DNA from: Amoebophrya sp. A120 | Taxonomy: Eukaryota; Protista; Dinoflagellata | Direction of reading: 5' to 3' | NCBI GenBank assembly: GCA_905178155.1 | Contig: CAJINV010000002.1 | Span: forward strand, 7,470,743 to 7,534,742 | DNA: 64,000 nt | Shown: positions 37,420 through 47,307 of the stretch, one piece after another | Numbering within the stretch: the stretch's first letter is position 1 | Layout: each line of letters begins with the position of its first letter | Notes under the pieces: generated by a model | The model's database searches: none | The model's input: the letters and a program-made list of their open reading frames with translations, nothing else | Told to the model about the DNA's origin: nothing | Translations under genes and position numbers: made by a program

Positions 37420-38539
37420 GATTTATTTTTCGACTGTGCCTGCTAACAAAAAAAAAACAAATATTTAGCGATGAGCAGAAGTCCTGACTCTTGCCAAGCA
37501 GAAATTATATCGCTATGTTGACAGCAAGGCGCTGGCGCTGACGTCTGGAGAACAAGAATTTAAAAGCGACTGCATCGACACTGCGGCTGCAAGAAAAGGT
37601 TTGTGAATTTAGCGATAGGCGCCTGACGTCGCTGCTCTGCAACTGATTCATTAGCCATGTGTCTTCATCAGTAACGCTGCTACGAATCATCGACCATCCC
37701 CGGATCAGTGACGCGGGTAAGTTAAAAGTTCTGAGGTACAAAAGAGAAAATAAAGATCCCACGTCTTGCAGTTGCCGAAAAAACAACATGTACTTATATA
37801 GAGCGGCGGGCCAGAAAAGATCATCGGTCATTCGACGCAAACCAATTTGGCACTGAGATGGAGCGCACACATGCTGACTACAAGCTCCAAATACATTATT
37901 CGTCCATCTTCGTGCTACTTCCATCTACGTGCCCGAATTCTAGACCGCTTCAGTACTTGCACTTTCTTGAACCGTTCTCATTTGGTTCCCGAGGTTTTGT
38001 TTTCTATAGGTTTTTTTTACTCCACGCCCAGTTTCTTCAAAATAAGTACGACCGACCGAACTTGAACACCTACGCTCAAGCCCCACACAGACGGAACAGA
38101 CTGCCTGTGGATCTCGACGCCAGCCAATATCCACTTTTGCGAAAGCCGCCCCGCCATCGTTGCTCCAGCGGAGACTGCTATCGACCGCGAAGTCGTCGAC
38201 GTCTTTTGATCATGGTCTTGTATATTAAACCGGCCGAGTACTAAAGCAACACCATTGCAAGATTTTGCACTTTCGTGTTTCAATGAAGCAAAAAATCCAA
38301 TCAATCTGGTTCCAACATGTCGTAGGAGAAGATGTGCCGTCATCCAGCAGCAAAATGCTCATGCTAACATATCAAACTCAAACCTTTTCGGAGTTTCGCA
38401 AAAACATTGAGAAAAGTTTTGCTGGCAGGAGAACCATCGGAAGGCTGTTATTTCGATTTCGTAGGCATTGGTTTGCACAAAAAATAAGTCGGTGTTTCTT
38501 TGTGGTTGGTGTAAAGAAATGTTTCGTCGTCTTGTTCGC

Positions 38540-39358
38540 TGGTAGCAATATACTTCCATGGCTGGTCGTAGTCGTTCTTGTCAGTTCTCGAGAGGTGCAG
38601 GTAGCTCCATTTGCGAAGATGAGCGCAGGAAAGAGAAAATAAAGCCTGAGGTAGATATCAAACGCGCTACCGTGTCCTGATGCACCACGTGCTCATGCAC
38701 GTTGCATCGCAGTTGTAGTGCCTCGTTCGTTCCAGACGTGCAGCCAAAAATGCAGGATAGAAGATGAGCATAGCCGCAACTAGTACTTCACTTCCCAATC
38801 CTGCACCACCTCCGCGTCGGAGCAACACACCTTATTTTCATAGAAGACGAAAAATCATTTCATATTCATTCCAGAAGGTGCGTTACTGACGCATCGAAAT
38901 CAATGGTGGTGGAGGTCATCTTTTTGATATATCTCAACCTCAAAGTCAAAACATAAAGAAACGATTGAAGATGAAATGAAATAAAACCTTGTTCACATTG
39001 TCCTCCAATTGATCATTCCCCTCGAAAGGAAGTCGTCACACAAAAATCTAGCATCCCACCGACGCCGGGTGGCTCATTGGGCGGGAAGATTCCTGTCAAT
39101 GGGTGTGGTTAGATTAGGTTCACATAGTACCACTAATACGTGATGATCGCAGTGTAGATGATTTGCTATGACGAGTAGCGAAACAAATGCAAATGCGAGC
39201 TCTAAAATGCCGCACCAGGTGCCGCAATGAAAAGCAAAAAACCGAAGTACCGTCTTCCCTCCCGCCGAGCCGGTTGCTTTTTTGGCCGCATCTTTCTTCT
39301 GCTGGCCCTTCTGCGTCAGGAAGCTGCGGTACAGCTCCGATGTGGTGGAATACAACAT
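38540..39358 (-). CDS. Possible small multi-exon basic protein
   Basis: Coding-like segments MLYSTTSELYRSFLTQKGQQKKDAAKKATGSAGGKT (39358-39250) and RKWSYLHLSRTDKNDYDQPWK (~38550-38615); junctions not resolved. Confidence 0.3.
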
Positions 39359-40043
39359 TTTTTTTGGTGTTTTCTTTTGTCACGTCCGGAAACGAAACAA
39401 GAATTTTGCTTTTCACAGTAAAAAAGTCCTAGTCCTACTGATACTTACTACGACTACCTCCTAGTATGAAGCAGTATTAATTTCGAAACAGCAATAATTG
39501 CGTTGTGGTCAATGAAACAGCAATGCGGATTGATCCAATCAAAGGGCTACACATATGAAGGAACTGCTTACAAAGAGATGAAACGCAATGGCCGCATTTT
39601 CATGCTTTCTTTTCTTTAGAATTAACAAAAATGCCTTGAAAGTTACAAGGGGATCAGCAAACATGGAGGAGAATGTTTTGAAAGTGCAACTGATCAGCCG
39701 GAGTTTGTAATGGTTCCGTATCCATTTCTTGCTTTTCGTGCACAGGTAGTAAAGGAGTAGAACACGACTTCATCGTAACACCACGACCAGATTTGCAATC
39801 CACTCGCACTTGTGCGAGAGGTCGCACTGATATTTTTATTGCTTCGACGTGTATTGTACTTGTAGTACCACCAGAACTTAAACTAGTCGCAGTGCACATG
39901 ATGTTCTGTTCATGCTGCCATCGTGGCGAGGATCGCAGCGCTTCATCTCTAATATCACTATCTAAGAAGTATTGTATAGTTAATTTTATTGTCAAGTTAT
40001 GACTCTATTTGCTTTTGATTTTTCGCTCTTGCAAATTGCAACT

Positions 40044-42540
40044 TCACAAAATGACACAGCAACCTCCACCAGAGGGCGGTGGCGGTCGCGTCGAACTTGC
40101 CGCCCGGAGTATGCAAGGAAAAGTCTTCTTGTTGTTCTGCTGGCGGACCCTGCGACTTGATGTCTTGAAGACTATTTAAAAATTTTCTTTCCCGCTGTAA
40201 TGTGGTAATGCATTCTGATCGAACTCGCTCTCGCAGAAACAAGGTGTTCGCTCCTAAAAGCTAAAGCAGCGGCCAAACCAGCCGGCTTATAAATTATATT
40301 CGATCAGTGCTCGTGTAGAGCTAGAGAGAGACCCACACCCACGTCCTGCCAAGAACAAGAAAGTAAACGCTTCCCTTTCATACCCCCGCCCCCCGCCACG
40401 CCGTTGGCGTTCATAGGTTGTTGCACTATGGCAGCACCAGGACCTCCCCCGCCAACCTGGACCGGCTGGAACAGCTGCACGTTCTTCATCATGCTCGGCC
40501 CCACCTGGGAAACCGTGCCGCCAAACCCGTTCACCGAGGCGAGACAGCCCTGCACGACGCTGGGCTGCGTGGCGACGTTGCCGTGACAGCCGACCCCGAT
40601 GGTGTTGAAGACCCAGGACCCCCGGACCGGGCCGCGGAAGATCCGGGCGAAAATGAGGCAGCTGGCCAGGACCGTCTGCTTCTGCAGGCAAAACCGGCAA
40701 AATTCATGCTTGTTTTTCGCTGCGCAGAGCCGCACATACGCGTCGGAAACGTGCTGGAAGGAGCTATCCAGGAAGAAAACTGCGGTAGTGTAGGCGTCTT
40801 GGCGCAACAACATGTTGACTTCATCGGAAACATACGGGGTAACAGCATGATAAATTTGTTCAGAATAAAGCTCGTCTGTCATACGCAGGTAGCACATGAA
40901 AACACGTACGAAATTAATGGGACGCTAAGCCAAAGCCTGGCGAGCATGACAAGTACGCCTAAGGATAGTATCGTATGTATATGTTGCATAGAGGTTTGGA
41001 TTACAGACTCACACTTAATAGGCAGTCTCTCTTGCATATGAGTGCCGGGAACTGTACACGTTGACCACGACGTACATCTGCGCGACAACGGGCGGCAGCC
41101 GGTCGAGATCCAGATCGATCTTCTCGTCGTCGCCCTTCCCGGCGCCGGTCACGTTGTCCCCGTTGTGCCGGACCGCGCCCTGGAGGAAGGACAAATTTGC
41201 GTAGTTCACCACGTCGATCAGGTTGTTTTGGGCATCGAAAAGCAGCACGGAGGCATCCAAATCCACGCCCCCGCGGACGCCCGGCGTCTCCCACCCGAGG
41301 CCGATGAAGAGGTCCGAACCGTCCTGGAAGAGGTGCTGGGGGATCTCGAGGAAGTCACCCTTGCTCATGTTAAACTTCTTGTCCATAGACATGATCATAT
41401 TCGTCGATGCGGGGTCCAGAATACCCGAGATATTCAACGCCCGACGCACGTCCGGCAGCGATTCCTCGAAGTTTCTGCCTTCGGGTATGAAAAAGAAGTA
41501 GAGCGCGGATCGCGATAAAGTAGGATCGTTGAAGTTGTAGAGCTAGAGGAGTACTACCTCAAGTTGAAGTTCGAATTGACGATCATAGACATAGATGAAG
41601 ATTTGTCAAGTCATTTTTAAAAAGAATCTTTATGTCATTTCTATCGTCTCAAATAAATGGTGACGCTTTCTTCATCATGCTGAACCTTGTAGTGTATGTG
41701 TAGTATGGAGACATACGAGATCATAACAAAAGCAAATCGTGCAAGCCGTCTTGGTTTTGGTATCAATTTCTTTTTCATCTTTACGTCGCTGTCCTCTGCA
41801 TCTTCACACGACAAGCTCGGCCCAAATTCCGAAACTTCCAGGCGTGATTCTTTAGGATTGGATTGCGTGGAAATGGAAATGTTGGACTTTCGTATGTAAA
41901 ATAATTTGGGAGAAGCTACGAAAAAAAGTCTAAGCGAAAGTTGTCCACTTGCACAAGCAAGTCAAGAGTATAGAAATACATCCTCGACCCCCGGTGGCTT
42001 GTACAGAAACCCGAGCACCATACCGGTGAAGTCTCCCTTCCGCATCGTAACCGGGCACACGGCCAGTGGCTCCGGCTTTCCAACCTCCAAGACTGTGACC
42101 TTCGCGTTGGCGACGCTGCTCAAATTTCCGCCCTTGAAAGCGTTCAGGACGAAGACCAGGATGGACACTCCCGGATGCACGAGGTCGATGTCGATCTGGA
42201 CGCTTTCGTCGAACCCCGCACCCACTCCAGTCTTGTTGTCGCCCGAGTGCATGATAGCCCCCGCCATGCAGATCTGCTGGTTGAAGTAGCAGGCGTCCAA
42301 AACCTGGCCGCCGGCGTTGCAGCACACGACGGAGCAATCCAGATCCACCGGAGAATTTCCCTCGACGAAGTCCCAGGACAGCCCCACGGTCAAATCGTGG
42401 CCGTTCGGACTCAGATACACATTCACGTCCGTCCCACCCACCTGAGCGACGCGATCATCCGACGGTGGCATCTGGGAGGCGCCGCCCTCCATCTGGAGGC
42501 TGATTTCATCCGGGTTCGCGATTTCGCCCCTTGGGTACAT
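40044..42540 (-). CDS. Double TerD-domain stress protein with C-terminal CaaX (GGGCCVIL)
   Basis: LTVGLSWD...VDLDCS...HSGDNKTGVGAGFDESVQIDI and FIGLGWE...VDLDAS...HNGDNVTGAGKGDDEKIDLDL; mini-exon NHAWKFRNLGRAC (~41810-41849); IEs 40765-41038 and 40110-40382 removed in frame. Confidence 0.9.
40110..40382. mobile_element. Decayed introner element, 273 bp
   Basis: tatgcaaggaaaagtctt vs tatgaaagggaagcgttt; DR decayed (sense GGGGG/CTCCG); removal of element+5 nt yields ...GGGGAASSTRPPPPSGGGCCVIL*. Confidence 0.75.
40765..41038. mobile_element. Introner element, 274 bp
   Basis: tatccaggaagaaaactgc vs tatgcaagagagactgc; DR ggagc/tgagt; removal restores the TerD motif VNVYSSRHS-FQHVSDAYVRL. Confidence 0.8.
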
Positions 42541-43621
42541 GGTGAAATTCTGGTTGCGGCCGGAGCCGAAAGGTCTGGCTCACACGAAATCCGACTCGTG
42601 CTGTGCTGTCACGCGATCGATGTCGATGAGGTATGAAATAAAGCAGCTCCGAATGAAGAAATATCTTATCATGTTGACGTGTTTGTTTCATCACCCACAT
42701 AGTCACCGTCACTCTTCCTGTTGGTCGCTCTCTCAAGGTTGAAGTTACGCTTACGAGATCGAGAAAATTGAAAAAGCACATACACGACTGGCGCTCTGTT
42801 ACATTAAAATGGCACTATTTCGACCTGTAGAAGATGTTGTGTTCGATACTCAGTAACTATGCTTTAGGTTTAGCTTATCCCCCTGTTGAGTAATAATACT
42901 TATCAATTACTCTTCGGTGTCACACAGGTTTTCACCATCACCCCCGCCCCCATCTACCTCTGTCTTCTGTGGAAGACGGGGCGGCCACGACAGCAAAGAA
43001 CACGACAGTCGTTGCGCCGTGCTTTGATAACTGATTCTTGTTCTTCTTGCTGAGTATTTGCCGAAAACCGTTTTTACGGGGTCATTGTCATATTTACCTG
43101 TATAAAGTTGTCAAAACATGTAGCGCGACCGCTGCGGCGCCTTAGCCTTGACTACAAAAATGCGCAAAATGGTAGTTCCTGTGCGTCTACGTAACGCTAT
43201 GTGCTAAATGGAACAATGTCCGTGATGAATGAAAGCATACAGAGCCAACTAGAGGATACCAATGCAAAAGATGATTGAAGAAAATAATGTACAGATTGGC
43301 TCCTCCATCCTCTCCGCACTACGGCACTTGATGTTGTTCTAAGTTCCATTGCGAAACTGGAAAAAGTTTGTGAAAATGTAATTGCGCCGCCTGTCGGTAG
43401 CAGCTTCGGGAAAATGAAAAGGCAAAGGTAAAGAAATCACACAAAGCGGCGACATCAATCATACATGAGCCCTAAAAAACGATAGCCTCGACAGACCCGT
43501 GCGAGCGCAACATTTACTGTGCACTCTACGGCGTGTGTGCCCTGCGGATCGGTTCCTGCGAGCAGGTTCTCGAGAATGAACTGGCAATCTTCCGAGAAAA
43601 ACTCTTATGTAAAGATCAAGC

Positions 43622-45984
43622 TTATGACCCGAACAACGCTGATCCGGCGCCCCGCATGTTCCCTCCACCTCCCCCGTTCGCCCTCGCGCCGCCGGGGCGG
43701 AAGAACGAGTCGTAGGCTTGCGTCAGTATTTGCATTCCCTGCGCCACGGCCGGTTCCACGAGGGGCTTCACCACCGGAAGCACCATGTCCGCAACGGGTT
43801 TCAGGATCGGCTGCACCAGCAGCACGTTCGCCAGATAGATGCTACCACCGGCGGCACCTGGTGAATATTTTTTTTTCAACATCGAAAGCTGAAACAAGAT
43901 TTACCAGCATATGAAGCCTAGCAAGCTCAAAATAGCGAGAAGGGCACTACCAGCTGCAAATTATCATTGCACTGGTCGAGCAACCACGTCGTCAAAACGC
44001 ATCAACATCCACACTAAAAATTCATTTCCCATGAGTACCTATCGCCGGCAGGAAGGGTTCTGCCCCCACTGCGTGCACGGTGCGCGTAACCGCCTCGGCG
44101 CCGTAGAGATAGAATTTCCCGATCTGGAACAGCGTGTAGGCGGATCCGACGCACGCGCCAACCCCCGTGAAAACCGCTTGGGAGAGCATCAGATACCCGT
44201 CGTACGCGAGCACGTCCGGCGTCGTCGAATACATGTAGCAGGCGGCCGCGGTCCCCGCGGTCGCCAGCGCCGCGTTTCGCTCCGCACGGTGGATGTTCTT
44301 GGACTTCCGGGCCAGACACGCGTCGAAGACACAGAACGTGTTCAAAAACAGCCTCAACCGGTCCATTTCCGCCGCGCGGTCGTCCGACACGGCCTATGCA
44401 TTGCAAAAGTATTGTATTAGTGTAAATTGCATTACAGATTTTGGCAAGAAGGAAAATGGAATTTGTAATGCTGTGTTGCCTTAGGAAAAAAATTTGTCAT
44501 GCATGTTTGCAATTCGTACGAGTACGATACTTTTGCACAGGATACGGCAAGCATCTCCGCCATGTTCAAGAAACACTGCTCGTCATCGGTGATTATCGAC
44601 TGCAAAAATGTCTGCGTCTGGAAGATTGCCAGGTTTGTCATGCATATTTGAATGACCCATTACGTCTGTGATGCATGCCCTAGCATCACAGATTTTTAGA
44701 GGGCTTTGTGATGCCTGTGCCTCTACCGCATGAGAAATGCCCCCTCTCTGTAGCACAAACTGGAGTCCTCTTGCTGGTCATACAATCCAAATTTTTTTTG
44801 AAGCCAGAGACAGCATTACAATTTTAGAATCTTCCAGACCCAGGCATATTTGCAATCCATAGTGATCTCGATGATCCCGAGCGTGTCGCCGTGCGGCGGG
44901 TTGATGATCAGGGAAGGGTGCCAGGGCTTCAGAATCTTCCACGTCTTACCGCCAGCGCAATACTTTGAACCGATGGTGCCGCCGGTCCACCACGCGCCGC
45001 TGTCGTCCTTCAGTTCCGTGCGGAGGATGGGCATCTCGTGGGCGAAGTTGGTGAAAGGTATCCTGTGCGAAAATTGTACGTAGTACCGCAATAGTCGTAC
45101 AAATTGCAATCTTGGTCTTGCGGGTCCTCGCCTGGTTGTGTCGGCATTTTTACCTAGTTGACCTGGAAGGTTTTTCACATGCAATTTGTACAACTAGTCT
45201 GCGATCTAATCATAATCTCTATGCAATGCATAATGTCCGGAACAAACTTGTTCGACTGGAACACCGTGTACTCCGCCGTTGCGGGTTTGTCATTGTCGTC
45301 GTTCCACTTCATGTTGATGCGGGCATGGACGTAGAACGGCACGGAGTTCTGCATCTCGTCCTTCACCGCCTGCGGCATGTTGTCGATCGACTCGTCGGCC
45401 CCCGTCCCATCGTCCAGTTGCTGGTCCGGATAGGATTTCTGGGGCAGATAAATGTGGTACGCGGGCTCGATCGTTCCGTTCAACCACGAGTTCGACTTAT
45501 TCGCGGCCACATCCGGGCGCTGAATGATCGCGACCACCTTATTCGTGGTAGAATCCCTTATGAAAACGCACAACTTATCGCCATTTTTCGTCCCAGAGAA
45601 GCTGTGCGCGTCAATCTTCCACTGCGGCTTTACTACGGTTTTTGTGCTATGCTCCGACGGCTTCGCGTGCATCTGCATGGCGAATCGCCGTCCTTCGTTA
45701 ACTTTCAAAGGGTCCAAGACCTCCCTGTAGTAGCTATTCCCACCCGCCTTGGTAAATTTGTCCCCGAGCTGCTTAAACTCATACGCGACAGCCTTTCTGT
45801 AGCTGAATTCGGCCCGCTTGTCCCACGGGCGGAGACATGTATCGACCGCGGTAACTTCGTGGTGGTGGGCGATTTTAGGAGCTTTGTCGTTTCCCTTCTT
45901 CGTCGGGATCGCTGGCGACTTCGAGGACGAACTCCCGGTGGAGCCCCCCTTGGTCTTCGATTTTGATTTCGCCATCTTTGCCAT
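43622..45984 (-). CDS. Hypothetical protein; N-terminal half possibly tubby/LURP-one/scramblase-like, hydrophobic C-terminal helices
   Basis: ORFs 45175-46026, 44816-45193, 44432-44641 (part), 44022-44390 and 43622-43897 join in frame via three IEs and GT-AG intron 43858-44038. Fold guess rests only on motifs such as IRDSTTNKVVAII and YHIYLPQKSYPDQ. Confidence 0.65.
44395..44544. mobile_element. Introner element family B (inverted), 150 bp
   Basis: tatgcattgcaaaagtattgta / tacgatacttttgcacaggata; DR cggcc/cggca; removal gives AEMLA-VSDDR. Confidence 0.88.
44594..44861. mobile_element. Introner element family C, 268 bp
   Basis: TIR tatcgactgcaaaaatgtctgcgtctggaagatt; perfect DR gtgat; removal gives GIIEIT-DDEQCF. 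Confidence 0.92.
45059..45232. mobile_element. Introner element with decayed DR, 174 bp
   Basis: Ends tatcctgtgcgaaaa ... gcaatgcata (family B-like termini); removal of element+5 nt restores frame NKFVPD-x-TNFAHE. Confidence 0.7.
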
Positions 45985-47307
45985 GGCTTGATTGTGCACT
46001 TCTCCTTTAGAAGATGTTCGCGACAAGATTCAACTATGTGTGACCATCGTGTGTGGAAACCAGGCTGGCTGTCGTTGCCAAATTCAGAAGTGGAAAATAA
46101 TCTACGTTGCGTTTATACAATTCACTGTGCGATTAGAGTTATTCGGGTAGTACAGTTTTATTTTGTCTTAATCAGGGAGAAACAACTATGCCGTCTCTGT
46201 TTCAACTTTCATTCTATGTACACTTATGCGAAAAACCTTCGGAAAAGTACGAAGAGCGACTTTGCTACAGGAACGATTTAACGCCAATGTGATACTGTAG
46301 CTGAACGACAACGATATTCAATGAAAATGAACGAAATGGCTACGAATTGCTTTCGTACGCAGACGACCGAGACTAGAGCTGCGGCTCACGCTTCACTTAC
46401 CGAAACCAAAGGCAAGTAATTAGCTTTAGGCTATCTTGTTTGCATACCGAATAACGTCGTGGTTTTCATTTACATTTTCGTATCACCGAACCGATCTTTT
46501 GCACATTATCTTCGACATCATTTTGCCTGCACTTTGGGGGCTCGAAAAAAAGGCTCTACAATCCTGCTACAGAAGCGAAAGCATACCACTGTTCGGATCA
46601 TGCTGACGTGGCGCGGCACCTCCGTCGCTGTCCGGAGCCAATGGCACGCGTAGCAACCAGTCGAGCAGATTTTCTAATTTTGCACCAAGTTTTTTAGAAG
46701 GTCAGTAGTGTCCGGTCGTAGCGCAACAGTACTTTTTTTGAAACGGCGATCTTTCGCAAGAGTTCAGTCCAGCACTCATCAACGGTGGAAAAGAATAGTT
46801 TTGCTAAAGTAATTCATCAAAATTCGCTAAAGTAAATAACACTAATCTGGTTGAAAAAAAGTCGTTACCCACAACCCATAGTACAGTGTAGTTTTTGCTT
46901 AAGGTAGTATTTAAAATTGATGAAACGAGTGTACAGCTAAACATTCCGAAAATTGTCAAGAAAATAAGGAAAAAGTCTGTTTACTCATTGATGAATGCAA
47001 CTCCGCGAAATTTAGCGCGCCTGACCTTGCGCACGAAAAACGAACTGTTGCGTGCATACTTTCCTCCGGAGCGGAGGTGGTCTGTTTACGTGCATTGTAC
47101 ACTACTGCAGAACAACTCTTAGTGTTGCGATCAAAACATCGGTTTTGGCAGGCGCACCACGTGCTAAAATCACAAGTCGTTGAGCTGCTCTTGAGGGTAC
47201 GGTAAGCTGAGCGTCCCTTGCGGCGAAGGAAAAAATCGAGAGCGCATGAGCAGCTTCGCGGCCAAAAAGAGAAACCAACGACAAGGCAAAACAAGAATCT
47301 GCTGATC

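Noticed and set aside
40044-42540. Bacterial ter operon or contamination
   Set aside because: Single intron-containing gene with host IEs and a CaaX end; no other ter genes nearby.
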